This document shows, piece after piece, positions 48,847 to 58,384 of a stretch of DNA of 64,000 bases. Numbering within the stretch: position 1 is the stretch's first letter; every line of letters starts with the position of its first letter. The notes under the pieces were generated by a model. The model was not told where the DNA came from and made no database searches. It saw only the letters and a program-made list of their open reading frames with translations. The stretch covers positions 62,001 through 126,000 of the IMG/VR virus record IMGVR_UViG_3300048597_000634. One strand, 5' to 3'. A program made the position numbers and the translations under genes.

Positions 48847-49407
48847 TTAATTATTAACATTTAGGACTTGTCCAGTAGCACTTACGATAATGCCGGTGGC
48901 TTCAAATTCTTCTACTGCTTGTAGCAGTCTATTATCTAAACCAAGGCTTATATCTAGTAGAGCTATGTACGGATAGTGGAAGTTAACGTTGGCGCCGCCG
49001 GCGGCTATGGCAGTCATATAAAGAGCCTCGTACTCAGACAGCCCCCACATGACGTAGAGGCCGGCGATTAGACTATGACTTAACTGCTGGTAATTCAACT
49101 GATATACAAACCTCACCAAATCACATTCGTTTAATAGCCGGCTATGTACTTTATACAAAGCGCCTATACAGTCAAAGGCTTCAGTGAAGTAGTCTATCTG
49201 GTCAAATTCATTGTCTAGCTCATATAAGGGGTCTATGACGGGGTCATGGATTATCCCTATGGATAGACTTGGTGTTTGGTCGTCTGGGGGCGGCGGCGCC
49301 CGGTCAAACCCACCCACATAAACCAAGCCTTCTTCATTCTTATGGTTACTGGGTAAGTTTGACCATTGGAAGGTAGTCAGTAATTCTAACCTTGGCAGGC
49401 TAGACAT
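48847..49407 (-). CDS. Possible degenerate protein-tyrosine-phosphatase-like protein
   Basis: C-terminal YIALLDISLGLDNRLLQAV resembles small bacterial PTPs, but the HCxxGxxRS motif is absent. Confidence 0.35.
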   Translation of the reverse strand: MSSLPRLELLTTFQWSNLPSNHKNEEGLVYVGGFDRAPPPPDDQTPSLSIGIIHDPVIDPLYELDNEFDQIDYFTEAFDCIGALYKVHSRLLNECDLVRFVYQLNYQQLSHSLIAGLYVMWGLSEYEALYMTAIAAGGANVNFHYPYIALLDISLGLDNRLLQAVEEFEATGIIVSATGQVLNVNN

Positions 49408-51641
49408 TCATCTCCTCCCCCTTCCGAGTGATAGTTCTGCTTAATCACTTTCTGTTCTAGCTCCTGTTGGCGTTTAGCGGCTAACTGCCCAGACCGCCCC
49501 TCGGCGTTCTGAATAGCTTGTGACCGACAATAATACAACGTCTTTAACCCCAAACGCCAGGCTTCAAAGTGAACCTTAGCAAAATACGTCGGGTCGGGCT
49601 CAGCAGTAAAGAATAGATTCACTGATTGGGACTGTCCCTGTAAATGCCTGTCCATCTCTACCTGACGCTCAGCGGCTTGCTTGACAATAGCCATCTGGTT
49701 AATTTCACGGGCGGTTAGGAATACTTCCCGCTCTAAGTCAGACAAGAACGTCAAGTGTTGTACACTGCCCCGGGCTTCTGTAATAGAATCCCAAGTCTCA
49801 TCGTCATCTTTACCGTACTCAGCTAATACCTTTTGTAAGGTGGGGTTGTGAAAGAACATAGAGCCGCGGCTAGTCTTCTTCTCGAAGCTATTAGCGGCGA
49901 AGGGCTCAATACCAGGGCTAACATGACCACAGATGATTGAGTTAGTTACCGTGGGGGCACATGTCACTGTATGGGTATTGCGAGTGCCTGTACCTTCACA
50001 CCATTCAGGCTCGCCGTATTCTTTATACATGTCGACACTAGCCCGATGGGATTCATCTGCTATATGTCGGAATACAGCTCGATTTAATAAGCTTGCTCCG
50101 AATGATTCGAAGGGTAGGCGGCGCTCTTGTAGTAACGAATGCCATCCCATAGCCCCTAACCCTAACATCCGGCTTTTAACGGCGAAGCGGTAGGCATTAT
50201 CAAAGTACGGCTCACCTTCGATTTTGTCTATGTACTCTTGCATAACGCCATCTAAGAACCATGTAGCCCAATACACCGCGTCAGTCTCCCGCCATTCATC
50301 CCACTTAGCCAAGTTCATAGAACTCAAGCAGCACACGAAGGTATGATTTGGATCGGTGTAGGCGGTAATCTCGCTACAGTTGCCTGTCATCCGTCCATCC
50401 GCCAAAGCAAACATGTTAGTAGTGGGTACAGTGGTGCAATATACAGGCACCGGCTCTTCCATATACACCTTGGCTACCCGTTTAATCAAACCTGTAACCT
50501 TCTTCAGGTGGGTTAATACTTCTAGGAAAGGGTGGTCGATGCGGCGGTATTGCTCGCATAGTTCCCCGGCGGTGACGAACTCTACTTTCTGTGTAGTGCC
50601 AAAACGCCTAACTGGTAGGCGGTGTTCTGGTGTGACATCAATGGTACTATCATCGCCGAAGGTAATACGAATAAAGCGGTCGTTAACACCTTTTTGTTCA
50701 AAGGCATCGTTCTGTACCCAGTCTTTTCCATCCCAGATACTTACTGCCTTACCTACCAGGTCTTTAATGGCCACAGGACCGTCTTTAGTCCTTACCAGTG
50801 CATCCCCTTTAAGGCAGATGTTAGATGTTTTTACTTTCAGTCCTAAGCGGTTATAACCAGGGGGATTAACGCGGTTAACGTTGTCTGTGAAGAACAGATA
50901 AGGCTCGCCGGTTTCAATCCTAGTCCGTAGAATTTGACCAAATAATTCCCGGGCCTCGCCGCCGGCTTGGATAGCCAACATATCTTCATCGGTGAAGCAT
51001 ACAGCATGGTGGATGTTCATACAGCGCTGGTTCTCATCCCCTGTAGGGCGCCGCATGTTAATGAATTCTTTAATGTCTGGGTGGTTAAACGGTAAGTAAA
51101 CCGCCGATGCTCCTTTACGTACCCCGTTTTGGCTAACGCCTACAGTAGTGGAATCTAATATCTTGCACCATGGGATAACACCTTCTGAGATATAACCCCC
51201 GCGGATGGCAGCCCCACGACCTCTAATGTCCCCAGCATAGATGCCAACCCCTGCTCCTTTAGAACTTAAATGAGCTAGCTCAGCAACACCGTGAAATATA
51301 CCACCGAGAGAATCCTCTATGTGTAGGCTGTTACAGCTTATAGGAAAACCACGGGTGGTGCCTAAGTTAGCAAACACTGGGCTAGCTGGTCCAAGCCACC
51401 CAAGCCACATAATCTTAAAGAATCGTTGGGCTAAGTCAGGTCGTTTAAGAGCGCGGGCGGAGGCTTCTGATAACCTCACATAGGCATCCCAGGGGGTCTC
51501 ACCGTCTAATAGATAGCCAGACTTGAGCATATAATAGCCTTCAGCAGTCATCCAATCTGGTACGCCGTTGTCTGGTTTAGTGAAGCCTTCAGTGGTATTG
51601 AATTTGAGATGGGCTTGGGGCAGTCGAGGGAAGATAAACAT
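49386..51641 (-). CDS. nrdA: Class I ribonucleotide reductase alpha subunit, one intein
   Basis: PASPV..N.G, PISC, SNI[intein]CSEI, VCCLSS.N, APT, KTLYY and C-terminal CLACQG motifs. ATG 51641 is preferred to 51758. Confidence 0.95.
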   Translation of the reverse strand: MFIFPRLPQAHLKFNTTEGFTKPDNGVPDWMTAEGYYMLKSGYLLDGETPWDAYVRLSEASARALKRPDLAQRFFKIMWLGWLGPASPVFANLGTTRGFPISCNSLHIEDSLGGIFHGVAELAHLSSKGAGVGIYAGDIRGRGAAIRGGYISEGVIPWCKILDSTTVGVSQNGVRKGASAVYLPFNHPDIKEFINMRRPTGDENQRCMNIHHAVCFTDEDMLAIQAGGEARELFGQILRTRIETGEPYLFFTDNVNRVNPPGYNRLGLKVKTSNICLKGDALVRTKDGPVAIKDLVGKAVSIWDGKDWVQNDAFEQKGVNDRFIRITFGDDSTIDVTPEHRLPVRRFGTTQKVEFVTAGELCEQYRRIDHPFLEVLTHLKKVTGLIKRVAKVYMEEPVPVYCTTVPTTNMFALADGRMTGNCSEITAYTDPNHTFVCCLSSMNLAKWDEWRETDAVYWATWFLDGVMQEYIDKIEGEPYFDNAYRFAVKSRMLGLGAMGWHSLLQERRLPFESFGASLLNRAVFRHIADESHRASVDMYKEYGEPEWCEGTGTRNTHTVTCAPTVTNSIICGHVSPGIEPFAANSFEKKTSRGSMFFHNPTLQKVLAEYGKDDDETWDSITEARGSVQHLTFLSDLEREVFLTAREINQMAIVKQAAERQVEMDRHLQGQSQSVNLFFTAEPDPTYFAKVHFEAWRLGLKTLYYCRSQAIQNAEGRSGQLAAKRQQELEQKVIKQNYHSEGGGDECLACQG
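50379..50816 (-). mobile_element. Mini-intein (146 aa) in NrdA
   Basis: Begins CLKGDALVRT, has block B VTPEHR, ends VYC.TV...TGN before extein C(SEI), the thiyl-radical Cys of the NxCxE motif. Confidence 0.92.
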
Positions 51642-51670
51642 TAGTCTATTAGGCGATATGAAGGAAAGAG

Positions 51671-51692
51671 CGGGCTGATTGCAGTCAGCCCG
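51671..51692 (-). terminator. GCAA-tetraloop hairpin between nrdB and nrdA
   Basis: Minus strand CGGGCTGACT-GCAA-TCAGCCCG followed by CTCTTTCCTT. Confidence 0.5.
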
Positions 51693-51702
51693 GGTTGGTT
51701 GC

Positions 51703-54165
51703 TTAGGCGAATACAGAATCCCAGTCGATGGCTTCGGTATTAAACAGCCCTTTGGCATAGTTAGATACGTGGGCTGCGAAGAAGTCGGTGCTAGCCTCGC
51801 CTCCGGTCATTAGATAAAACCAGCGCTCGATTTGTCTGGCCGCTGCTTTATCTACGTCGAAGATGGGCTCTAAGCCAATCTCCTCTAACTTCTGGTTAGT
51901 GCGCTGCTCAATAAATGACTTCACAATATGAGCGTTAAGTCCAGGCAATTCATGGTTATCAAACACCATGTCAATAAAGTCGTATTCTAAGTCCACTACT
52001 GCCCGGGCAGCTTCGTATAACGTATTGTTTACGTGCTCACTGTTCAAAGATGGAAACTCAGATCGTAGTTGACGGAATAACCAACAACCGGCGTTAGAGT
52101 GCATACAATTCCCACTAATCATCACGGAGTCTTTATACCGTGTGATGAGTGTGCCTTTGTCTACGGTGGCACAATACACGTAGCCAGAATAAGACTTACT
52201 GGTCATTACAGTGCAGCGGATGTTTTTCCACGCTTTGTTGTCATAAATCTTCAGTCCATACTTATAGCCCCGCTTGGGGTCTCTGTAATGTTCGCCGCCG
52301 CGTCCTGATAGGGTACACAACACTTGGACACGGTCTGCTGCCGCCCGGTCATTCGTATAGAACAACTCACAGGTTCTATTAGCTGGCTTACCCCGCCGCC
52401 AAAACCGCAGCTCATGGAAGAATTGGTCAATCCAATTCTGAGTAATATGCGTGAAGACAATCCACTTAAATGACTTGGGTAATAACTGTTCTTCCTTCAG
52501 CTTAATCTGGTAGTTGATAGTGGTCGGGTTATTACGGGTGTAGTACCTTACCCCGGGGATAACGTCTAGCCCAGCCAACACTCCTTCCATTGCCTTAATC
52601 TTGTGCTGCTCTTTCTTCTTAGACAGGGTGATAGTGAGTGTATAAAACCCGTGCTCGTCTTCCATTTCTACTCGACTGCCGATAATCTCAGCAATTAAGT
52701 GAATACGTTCAAGGGCGGTCATAGTCACCTTGGTGCCCTTTACTTTATAGCCGGCAATGGGAATCTCAAACTTGTTCTCTACCCGTAAGTCCTTAGCCTT
52801 TATCTTGTAGGTCTTCTTATTTATCTGGTTATAAATGACCATGTCGTGGTCTTTAGTAACCCTGCATTTTAAAGGCAACTTGCGCTTACCACTTAACTCA
52901 TACATTGACCCGGAGTAACGCTTTTTAACCAGTTGGCTAGGTCTGACATAGCTTATCTCCTCGGTCTCTATGTCGTATTGAGCCAGCAAGTGGTATTCAG
53001 ACAAAGAATCGAACTTAACCCAACCCACATCAGTCAATACCTCTGTATCCGGGCTATGGCATTCATCTCGAACGCTATAGGCAATTACTTCTGATACGCC
53101 CTTTAGCATGTTCTCAGAGGGTAATTCTAAGTAGTTCCCTTTGAGTCCGTATTTGTCGCTGATGTCTTTGTTACCGGCGCGGTCTAGCTCTTTAATCAAC
53201 CCGCGGGCTGAGAAGTATAACAACACAGCAAAGTTGGCGTATAGGCTCACACCTTCGGCAAAAGCAGAGTACACGGCTAGGGATATAGCTCGCTCTTCTA
53301 GGGAATCCCCTGGAGTATTGATAAGATTTTCAATCTTAGCCGCTGCCCTGGGCTCTCTTAAGAACGCATCATATTCCTCTAGGTTCAGCGTCTCGTTTAG
53401 GTAGTTATAAGATTTGGAATGAATGGAGTTGCCGGTGATGGCTACTTTGCCATTACGGCGACATATAACGGTGGTCTTAGGTAAAGATACACAGTAAACG
53501 TAACCTTGATAAGGTTTCTTTGTGGGGGTGGGTAGAGGCTCGAACTCCACATGGTCATCAACCATTGTTGTGGTTAATAGCCGCCCGGCATCTGTAGTAT
53601 CTAGTAAGTCACCAGCTTGAACCTTTAGTAGAATACTATCTGGTCCAGTCACGATTAACATATCGTGGTTAGGTGTCACAAACACATCAATGGTGTCATT
53701 GACGAAGTGAATCATGTTACCCACATAGCGCTCACAAATCAGCTTATTGGGCTTGGCATAGCTAACCTCACAGGTGTTCAAGTCTAGCTGGGCTATCTCA
53801 TGGTCAGTGGTAATCTGAGGGCATGATATCCAACCATCAGTGGTTAGCAGCTCAGTCTCTTGGTCAAAACACTCCATCCCAGCAAAGGTAAACGCCATTA
53901 GGCTAATTTCCGGCTTAGGAAACCATTGAGCCACCTTCTGAGCCCAGTAGTTACCGATGTACAACTCCATCTGTGTGAAGCCTAGTAGCGTGCCGCTGAT
54001 AATCTTTTTCTCTTCTTCGGTCAGCTTAGTCTCCCAGTCATGTACGCTACTTGTCATTACGCACTGTGACCACAACCAATGAGACTGTTGCTGCTTCACG
54101 AAGTACTCGTGGGCTTCTGGGTACTCAAATGGTTGGTAAGACTTCCTTGGTGTAATTAACGTCAT
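51703..54165 (-). CDS. nrdB: Class I ribonucleotide reductase beta subunit, two inteins
   Basis: YQPFEYP, HW, GFTQME, ME[intein]SIHSKSY, EGVSLY..F, RDE[intein]CMH and DFF..HVSNYAK motifs. Confidence 0.95.
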   Translation of the reverse strand: MTLITPRKSYQPFEYPEAHEYFVKQQQSHWLWSQCVMTSSVHDWETKLTEEEKKIISGTLLGFTQMELYIGNYWAQKVAQWFPKPEISLMAFTFAGMECFDQETELLTTDGWISCPQITTDHEIAQLDLNTCEVSYAKPNKLICERYVGNMIHFVNDTIDVFVTPNHDMLIVTGPDSILLKVQAGDLLDTTDAGRLLTTTMVDDHVEFEPLPTPTKKPYQGYVYCVSLPKTTVICRRNGKVAITGNSIHSKSYNYLNETLNLEEYDAFLREPRAAAKIENLINTPGDSLEERAISLAVYSAFAEGVSLYANFAVLLYFSARGLIKELDRAGNKDISDKYGLKGNYLELPSENMLKGVSEVIAYSVRDECHSPDTEVLTDVGWVKFDSLSEYHLLAQYDIETEEISYVRPSQLVKKRYSGSMYELSGKRKLPLKCRVTKDHDMVIYNQINKKTYKIKAKDLRVENKFEIPIAGYKVKGTKVTMTALERIHLIAEIIGSRVEMEDEHGFYTLTITLSKKKEQHKIKAMEGVLAGLDVIPGVRYYTRNNPTTINYQIKLKEEQLLPKSFKWIVFTHITQNWIDQFFHELRFWRRGKPANRTCELFYTNDRAAADRVQVLCTLSGRGGEHYRDPKRGYKYGLKIYDNKAWKNIRCTVMTSKSYSGYVYCATVDKGTLITRYKDSVMISGNCMHSNAGCWLFRQLRSEFPSLNSEHVNNTLYEAARAVVDLEYDFIDMVFDNHELPGLNAHIVKSFIEQRTNQKLEEIGLEPIFDVDKAAARQIERWFYLMTGGEASTDFFAAHVSNYAKGLFNTEAIDWDSVFA
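52108..53061 (-). mobile_element. Intein (318 aa) in NrdB with probable degenerate LAGLIDADG-type endonuclease region
   Basis: CHSPDTEVLTDVGW...VTKDHDM...YSGYVYCATV..G.L..R...SGN|C. The central ~170 aa has FFHELRFW and AADRVQVLCTLSG, reminiscent of DOD blocks. Confidence 0.9.
53428..53871 (-). mobile_element. Mini-intein (148 aa) in NrdB
   Basis: CFDQETELLTTDGW...VTPNHDM...YQGYVYCVS....RRNGKVAITGN|S. Confidence 0.92.
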
Positions 54166-54381
54166 AATTTATCGGTGTTGGAATGGGCCCCCCCATTAGG
54201 GACGTGATTTTACCTTAGCGTTTTTCCTAACGCCTTTAAATATGATAGAACCTTAAGAAATTATTAAGTTTCTTGCTGTGTAATTAAATACAATATCACA
54301 AAGTAAATTAAGACTTAGGAAATAAACCCCTAAGCCTTGATATACTTATCATAGAGCCACGTCGTGCCCTAAAAGTTACTG

Positions 54382-55119
54382 TTACTCTCTGCCTTGTGAA
54401 AGTAATTTATTAACGCCCGTGTCCTTGAATCTAGCTAATATTAATGCTTGTTTTTCAGGTAACTCTTGAATTAGTATCTCTCGGACAATATCTTTTACTT
54501 GTTGTAGCTCCTGTTGAGCTGTGTATCGCGCTTGGAATCCTTCGACGTTCTTTAATAGTTGGCGCAGCTCAGAGATATATCGTACATGGTTCTCAGGGTC
54601 GTTTTCAAGCTTAGCCAGCATCCTGTATATGAGTGAGCCCATCTCTTCCCAGTGCCCTACAAAATCCATAATGGACCGGTTACGCTCTTTGACTTTCTCT
54701 AAGGGAGTCATGCGGTCATAGAGCCGGCAAAACTTGGAGACAGTAGTTTCTGATAAAGAGAAGCGCTCGCCGATTTGTTTAAACGTTTGGCGCTCCATAT
54801 TCCGCAGGCGGATAATTTCAGAGCCAATACCTAACTTAGCGATTACACCACGGATAGATGACCCAGCATCAGAGCTATCTGAATTAAGTACCCGGAGGAC
54901 TTCTTCCCCATCCTCCTTGTTGTTCAGCATCTTAAGTAGCGACTCAGCCCTAGACTTAACCAGGGATACCTCAGGACGATACTCCAAAGCAACGTGTTCG
55001 TGGAGTTGGTCTAAGTCTTTAACGATGGTCTCGAATTGTTCGATGATAGCTAAGGCTCTTTGAGCGACAGCTACGGCCTCATTATTAGGGGTGGCTGGGG
55101 CGCCGGCGGTGGTGAACAT
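54382..55119 (-). CDS. Helical protein with HTH (terminase small subunit candidate or regulator)
   Basis: TFKQIGERFSLSETTVSKF HTH followed by coiled-coil helices. Confidence 0.45.
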   Translation of the reverse strand: MFTTAGAPATPNNEAVAVAQRALAIIEQFETIVKDLDQLHEHVALEYRPEVSLVKSRAESLLKMLNNKEDGEEVLRVLNSDSSDAGSSIRGVIAKLGIGSEIIRLRNMERQTFKQIGERFSLSETTVSKFCRLYDRMTPLEKVKERNRSIMDFVGHWEEMGSLIYRMLAKLENDPENHVRYISELRQLLKNVEGFQARYTAQQELQQVKDIVREILIQELPEKQALILARFKDTGVNKLLSQGRE

Positions 55120-55140
55120 AAAGATACTGACGTTGATAAA

Positions 55141-55389
55141 CTATTCTTCGCTTAGGTAGTCTGTGATGTCGTTGATAACGCAGCTTTGGTTATTAATGGC
55201 ATTAACTAGTCTACAGCTTGTGGCGAAGTTGTCGGCGGTTATTTCTAGGACTTTTTCTAAGACATGACATAAGACCACAACCTCTGGGTTACTAGAGCTA
55301 AAGCGTAAGTAACCTAAGGTGTCATCACAGTTCTCCATAGTCTGTGCGACCTCTTCAATATACTGCTCTATAGACTCTTGTGACTCCAT
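55141..55389 (-). CDS. Small acidic hypothetical protein
   Basis: 82-aa ORF with an AGGA RBS. Confidence 0.55.
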   Translation of the reverse strand: MESQESIEQYIEEVAQTMENCDDTLGYLRFSSSNPEVVVLCHVLEKVLEITADNFATSCRLVNAINNQSCVINDITDYLSEE

Positions 55390-55404
55390 AACTTAGTCCT
55401 ATTG

Positions 55405-56064
55405 CTACTTACTTTTCAATCTAGAATCCAACAGCTCCTTCACACCAGTGGGTGTTAAGTGCTCACAAGTTAATATCAGCAACACTGAGTCTACTGACCG
55501 CAGCCACGCCCGCTTTACTAAATAAACATTGTTATCTAGCTGCTCGGCAATATACTCCACCCGCTCACTAATCGGCCACCACAACAACCAGAACAATAGC
55601 CAACTCTTAGGGTCTACAACCCTAAAAAGCTCTACAGCTTTCTTAATCTCTTCATGCTGGTAAACTACCCGGGTTGTGGGGTGTTCCCAGTTATGTCCTA
55701 ACACAAAGCCTTCCCTTAAATATTTCATAAAGGTATTCCGCAGTTTACGAGTTGAATCCCGTACCCCTTTAGCCCTTAACTGGGTCATAGGCTTGGTGTT
55801 GGGGATAAGAGTGTCTAACTGTTGTGCGTTGGCTCTAATAGCACGCCCTAATCGGGTGGGGTAGTAAAGCCTGATGTAGCTAATCTTCTTATCTTCTTTG
55901 TTGATGCTAGCCTTTAATTTGCCAAGAGGGCCCAAGTCAGCCTCACCGTTAGCTAAGAGCTCACCAAGCATACAATCAGCAACGGCGTCGGCTATTGCTT
56001 GACTATCATCCTTAGTGAGCCCTAGACGGCTTTGTAGGTGCAACGTTAGTTTATCGGTTAACAT
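55405..56064 (-). CDS. HU/IHF-like DNA-binding domain fused to a C-terminal helical domain
   Basis: LQSRLGLTKDDSQAIADAVADCMLGELLANGEADLGPLGKLK fits the HU fold pattern. Confidence 0.55.
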   Translation of the reverse strand: MLTDKLTLHLQSRLGLTKDDSQAIADAVADCMLGELLANGEADLGPLGKLKASINKEDKKISYIRLYYPTRLGRAIRANAQQLDTLIPNTKPMTQLRAKGVRDSTRKLRNTFMKYLREGFVLGHNWEHPTTRVVYQHEEIKKAVELFRVVDPKSWLLFWLLWWPISERVEYIAEQLDNNVYLVKRAWLRSVDSVLLILTCEHLTPTGVKELLDSRLKSK

Positions 56065-57191
56065 CAGCCCTCTAGCTTAAGCATGTGTTTGACTTCATCC
56101 CTAACGTAATCAACGTAACGGGGGTGACATTCATTCAGATAGGGGCAGACCGATGTGACTTGTTTAGACTTCCAATCTCGTTTAACGCATGGAGTACCGT
56201 AATCTGTTGGCCCTTTGGTGGGCCAACAGTTGGTCTCATACGCCATATTGATAGACTTCTGGACGTCTTGGAAGTGTTTAAAGGTGTCATAGACGACCTT
56301 GAGGTCTACTTTGGCCACCACTATTTCCCCAGTTGGTAAATGGTTAATGGCTATGTAGTCGGGGGGCTTACCAGTGTCTTCCGTCCATAGATAGGCGTAC
56401 ATGTTTAGCTGACCATGGAAAGCAACGTCTAATCCTGAGGGTAGGTCTTTACCAGTCTTATGGTCACTAATGACTGTATGTCCTTCTTTGGTCTTATAAC
56501 TGAAGTCTACGAACCAAGCCCATTCTTTATTACCGTCGTCCCAGGGGATTTTCTTCTCTGAGGTGTATTCAATGCCGGTTATTTCTTCTACCCAGTCGGG
56601 GATATAAAAGTTGTAGAAGCAGGCGGCGGCCTGGGCGGCGGTGTTACATAAACTGATGCGGCGGAATTCCGGGTTAATCAACGCTGCTGAATTATCTACA
56701 GCCATCTTGATGTCATATAACCCGTGTCTTTCCAACTCAGCAGTCATCTGTTTAGGTGGGTACTCCACCGGCTTCTTTGGTACGGTACCATCACCATTAC
56801 GGATAGCGTCAGACCCTTTATAGGTCGCTGTACATCTATGTAGTAAATAACCATAGATTTTGGCGTATCTGGTTAGGCTGTCTACGTCGATGAGGTGTAG
56901 GGTGTCTAGGCTACTGGTGTCCATATGTGTAGACTCAGTGGCGAACTTACAGCTTTCAATTAACCATTCAGGGATGAGCATCTCTAGGATGTCGTCTTTG
57001 GCACCACCGCTTTTCAGATATTCCTCAATACAGTTATGGGCCAAGGTACCCTTTAAGAAATAATCTTCTAGTGGGATATACACCCCTTCGGGCTTATTAA
57101 CGTATCGGTGGTAGAACTTGGCTGGGCATTCCGTGAAAGTAGTTAACCTACTGTACGACACGGTATTTGATAACTGTTTTGATGAACTCAT
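56064..57191 (-). CDS. PD-(D/E)XK RecB/Cas4-like exonuclease
   Basis: SYSRL.TF.ECP, GTLAH, E...VD...ISDHKTG and QLNMYA motifs; C-terminal PC...CPY...C (AddB/Cas4-type Cys set). Confidence 0.85.
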   Translation of the reverse strand: MSSSKQLSNTVSYSRLTTFTECPAKFYHRYVNKPEGVYIPLEDYFLKGTLAHNCIEEYLKSGGAKDDILEMLIPEWLIESCKFATESTHMDTSSLDTLHLIDVDSLTRYAKIYGYLLHRCTATYKGSDAIRNGDGTVPKKPVEYPPKQMTAELERHGLYDIKMAVDNSAALINPEFRRISLCNTAAQAAACFYNFYIPDWVEEITGIEYTSEKKIPWDDGNKEWAWFVDFSYKTKEGHTVISDHKTGKDLPSGLDVAFHGQLNMYAYLWTEDTGKPPDYIAINHLPTGEIVVAKVDLKVVYDTFKHFQDVQKSINMAYETNCWPTKGPTDYGTPCVKRDWKSKQVTSVCPYLNECHPRYVDYVRDEVKHMLKLEG

Positions 57192-57831
57192 CTGGGTTGT
57201 TTATTCTCTTAATATGTAGCTTATTGTCCTCTAACCATTTTAACGTTATAAGGTTAGACCTAATTAGCCCACCAAATAACACTCCTAGGGCATCGTATTC
57301 ATGCTCAGTACCGCTCTTAAGCCACCTCTTGAAGAATGTTTGGGCATATTCTTTGGTGCCTTCTAGTTGGAGGTGCTGAGACCATTCCTTAGCCCCTATT
57401 ACTTCATAAGGTATGCACTTCTTATAGAGTGTCATATGTACGGTCATCTCCGCTCTGAGTAGGGTGCCGTAGGCAGAGCGTCTACCGGGATAAACTTGTT
57501 CAGTGAATACGGTATTAGGATTAGCGCGGGTGCAGTCTTGGATAAACTCTTCTAACTTGATTAGTCTCTTAATTAGTTGGGTAGAGCTAGAGCCAGCCGA
57601 TAACGTGGTGGTATAGACAGTAAGGTTAGGTATATTTAGCCAGGCTACCCCAGTAAAACTAGAGCTCTGGTCTAATCCCAGATAATGTGTGCCTAATGCC
57701 TTGTGCTTAGTTGTTTTAGTTGATGCAGCACGGCGCTTAGTTGGCTTAGCAGACGACTTCGGCTTCGTGGACTTCTTGGTCGAGGGCTTGGTTTTGGATA
57801 AAGGCATTGAGAGCTTTGGTGCGGTGTTCAC
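57148..57831 (-). CDS. RuvC-like Holliday junction resolvase
   Basis: YLGLDQSSSFTG, VFTEQ and HEYDALG motifs; basic N-terminal tail. Confidence 0.8.
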   Translation of the reverse strand: MNTAPKLSMPLSKTKPSTKKSTKPKSSAKPTKRRAASTKTTKHKALGTHYLGLDQSSSFTGVAWLNIPNLTVYTTTLSAGSSSTQLIKRLIKLEEFIQDCTRANPNTVFTEQVYPGRRSAYGTLLRAEMTVHMTLYKKCIPYEVIGAKEWSQHLQLEGTKEYAQTFFKRWLKSGTEHEYDALGVLFGGLIRSNLITLKWLEDNKLHIKRINNPDEFIKTVIKYRVVQ

Positions 57832-58180
57832 TGTATTCTACAAGCTCTTGCCAGTAGTTAATGTCAGTATTATCTAGCATCCTACTAATGCCCAGCACCC
57901 ACCGTCGGATTAATTCTAATGACTCCTTAAACTCTTTACAGTTAGTCAAGCCAGGGTATAGCGCCAGCCATTCTTCATTGAGGGCTACCCAGAAGCTGAC
58001 CCACCAAGGGTTGTGGTAGACATCTTCGGCACTGGTTAACGCTACTCGGATTAAGTCTCTAATTAGTCGCACTTCAATGGCTACTAGCATCTGTGGGTCG
58101 ATGATATTGCCGGCGTCTGATGCGGCTAATACGTCGGGTAATCGTTGCTTTAGGTATTGGATTTGGGTGATGTCGTCCAT
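57746..58180 (-). CDS. Hypothetical protein
   Basis: 144-aa helical ORF. Confidence 0.55.
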   Translation of the reverse strand: MDDITQIQYLKQRLPDVLAASDAGNIIDPQMLVAIEVRLIRDLIRVALTSAEDVYHNPWWVSFWVALNEEWLALYPGLTNCKEFKESLELIRRWVLGISRMLDNTDINYWQELVEYSEHRTKALNAFIQNQALDQEVHEAEVVC

Positions 58181-58384
58181 GCTGTTGATATTAGTTTTTG
58201 TGGGTTGGGAACTGTTGGTATAAATCTGTAGAAAGCTGTAGAATCTATTAGTAATGGTTGTACACTATGTATGTAAATCCATTTATCTTAAGTATTCAGC
58301 AACGACGTAATGTCCGAGTTGATAGAAGCTTCGCCGTTAAGCTTTAGTTTGGATTCTTCATTCTAGAAACACTACCTCGTTTTT

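Noticed and set aside
54279-54292. NtcA box
   Set aside because: The spacing is GTA-N6-TAC, not the canonical N8.
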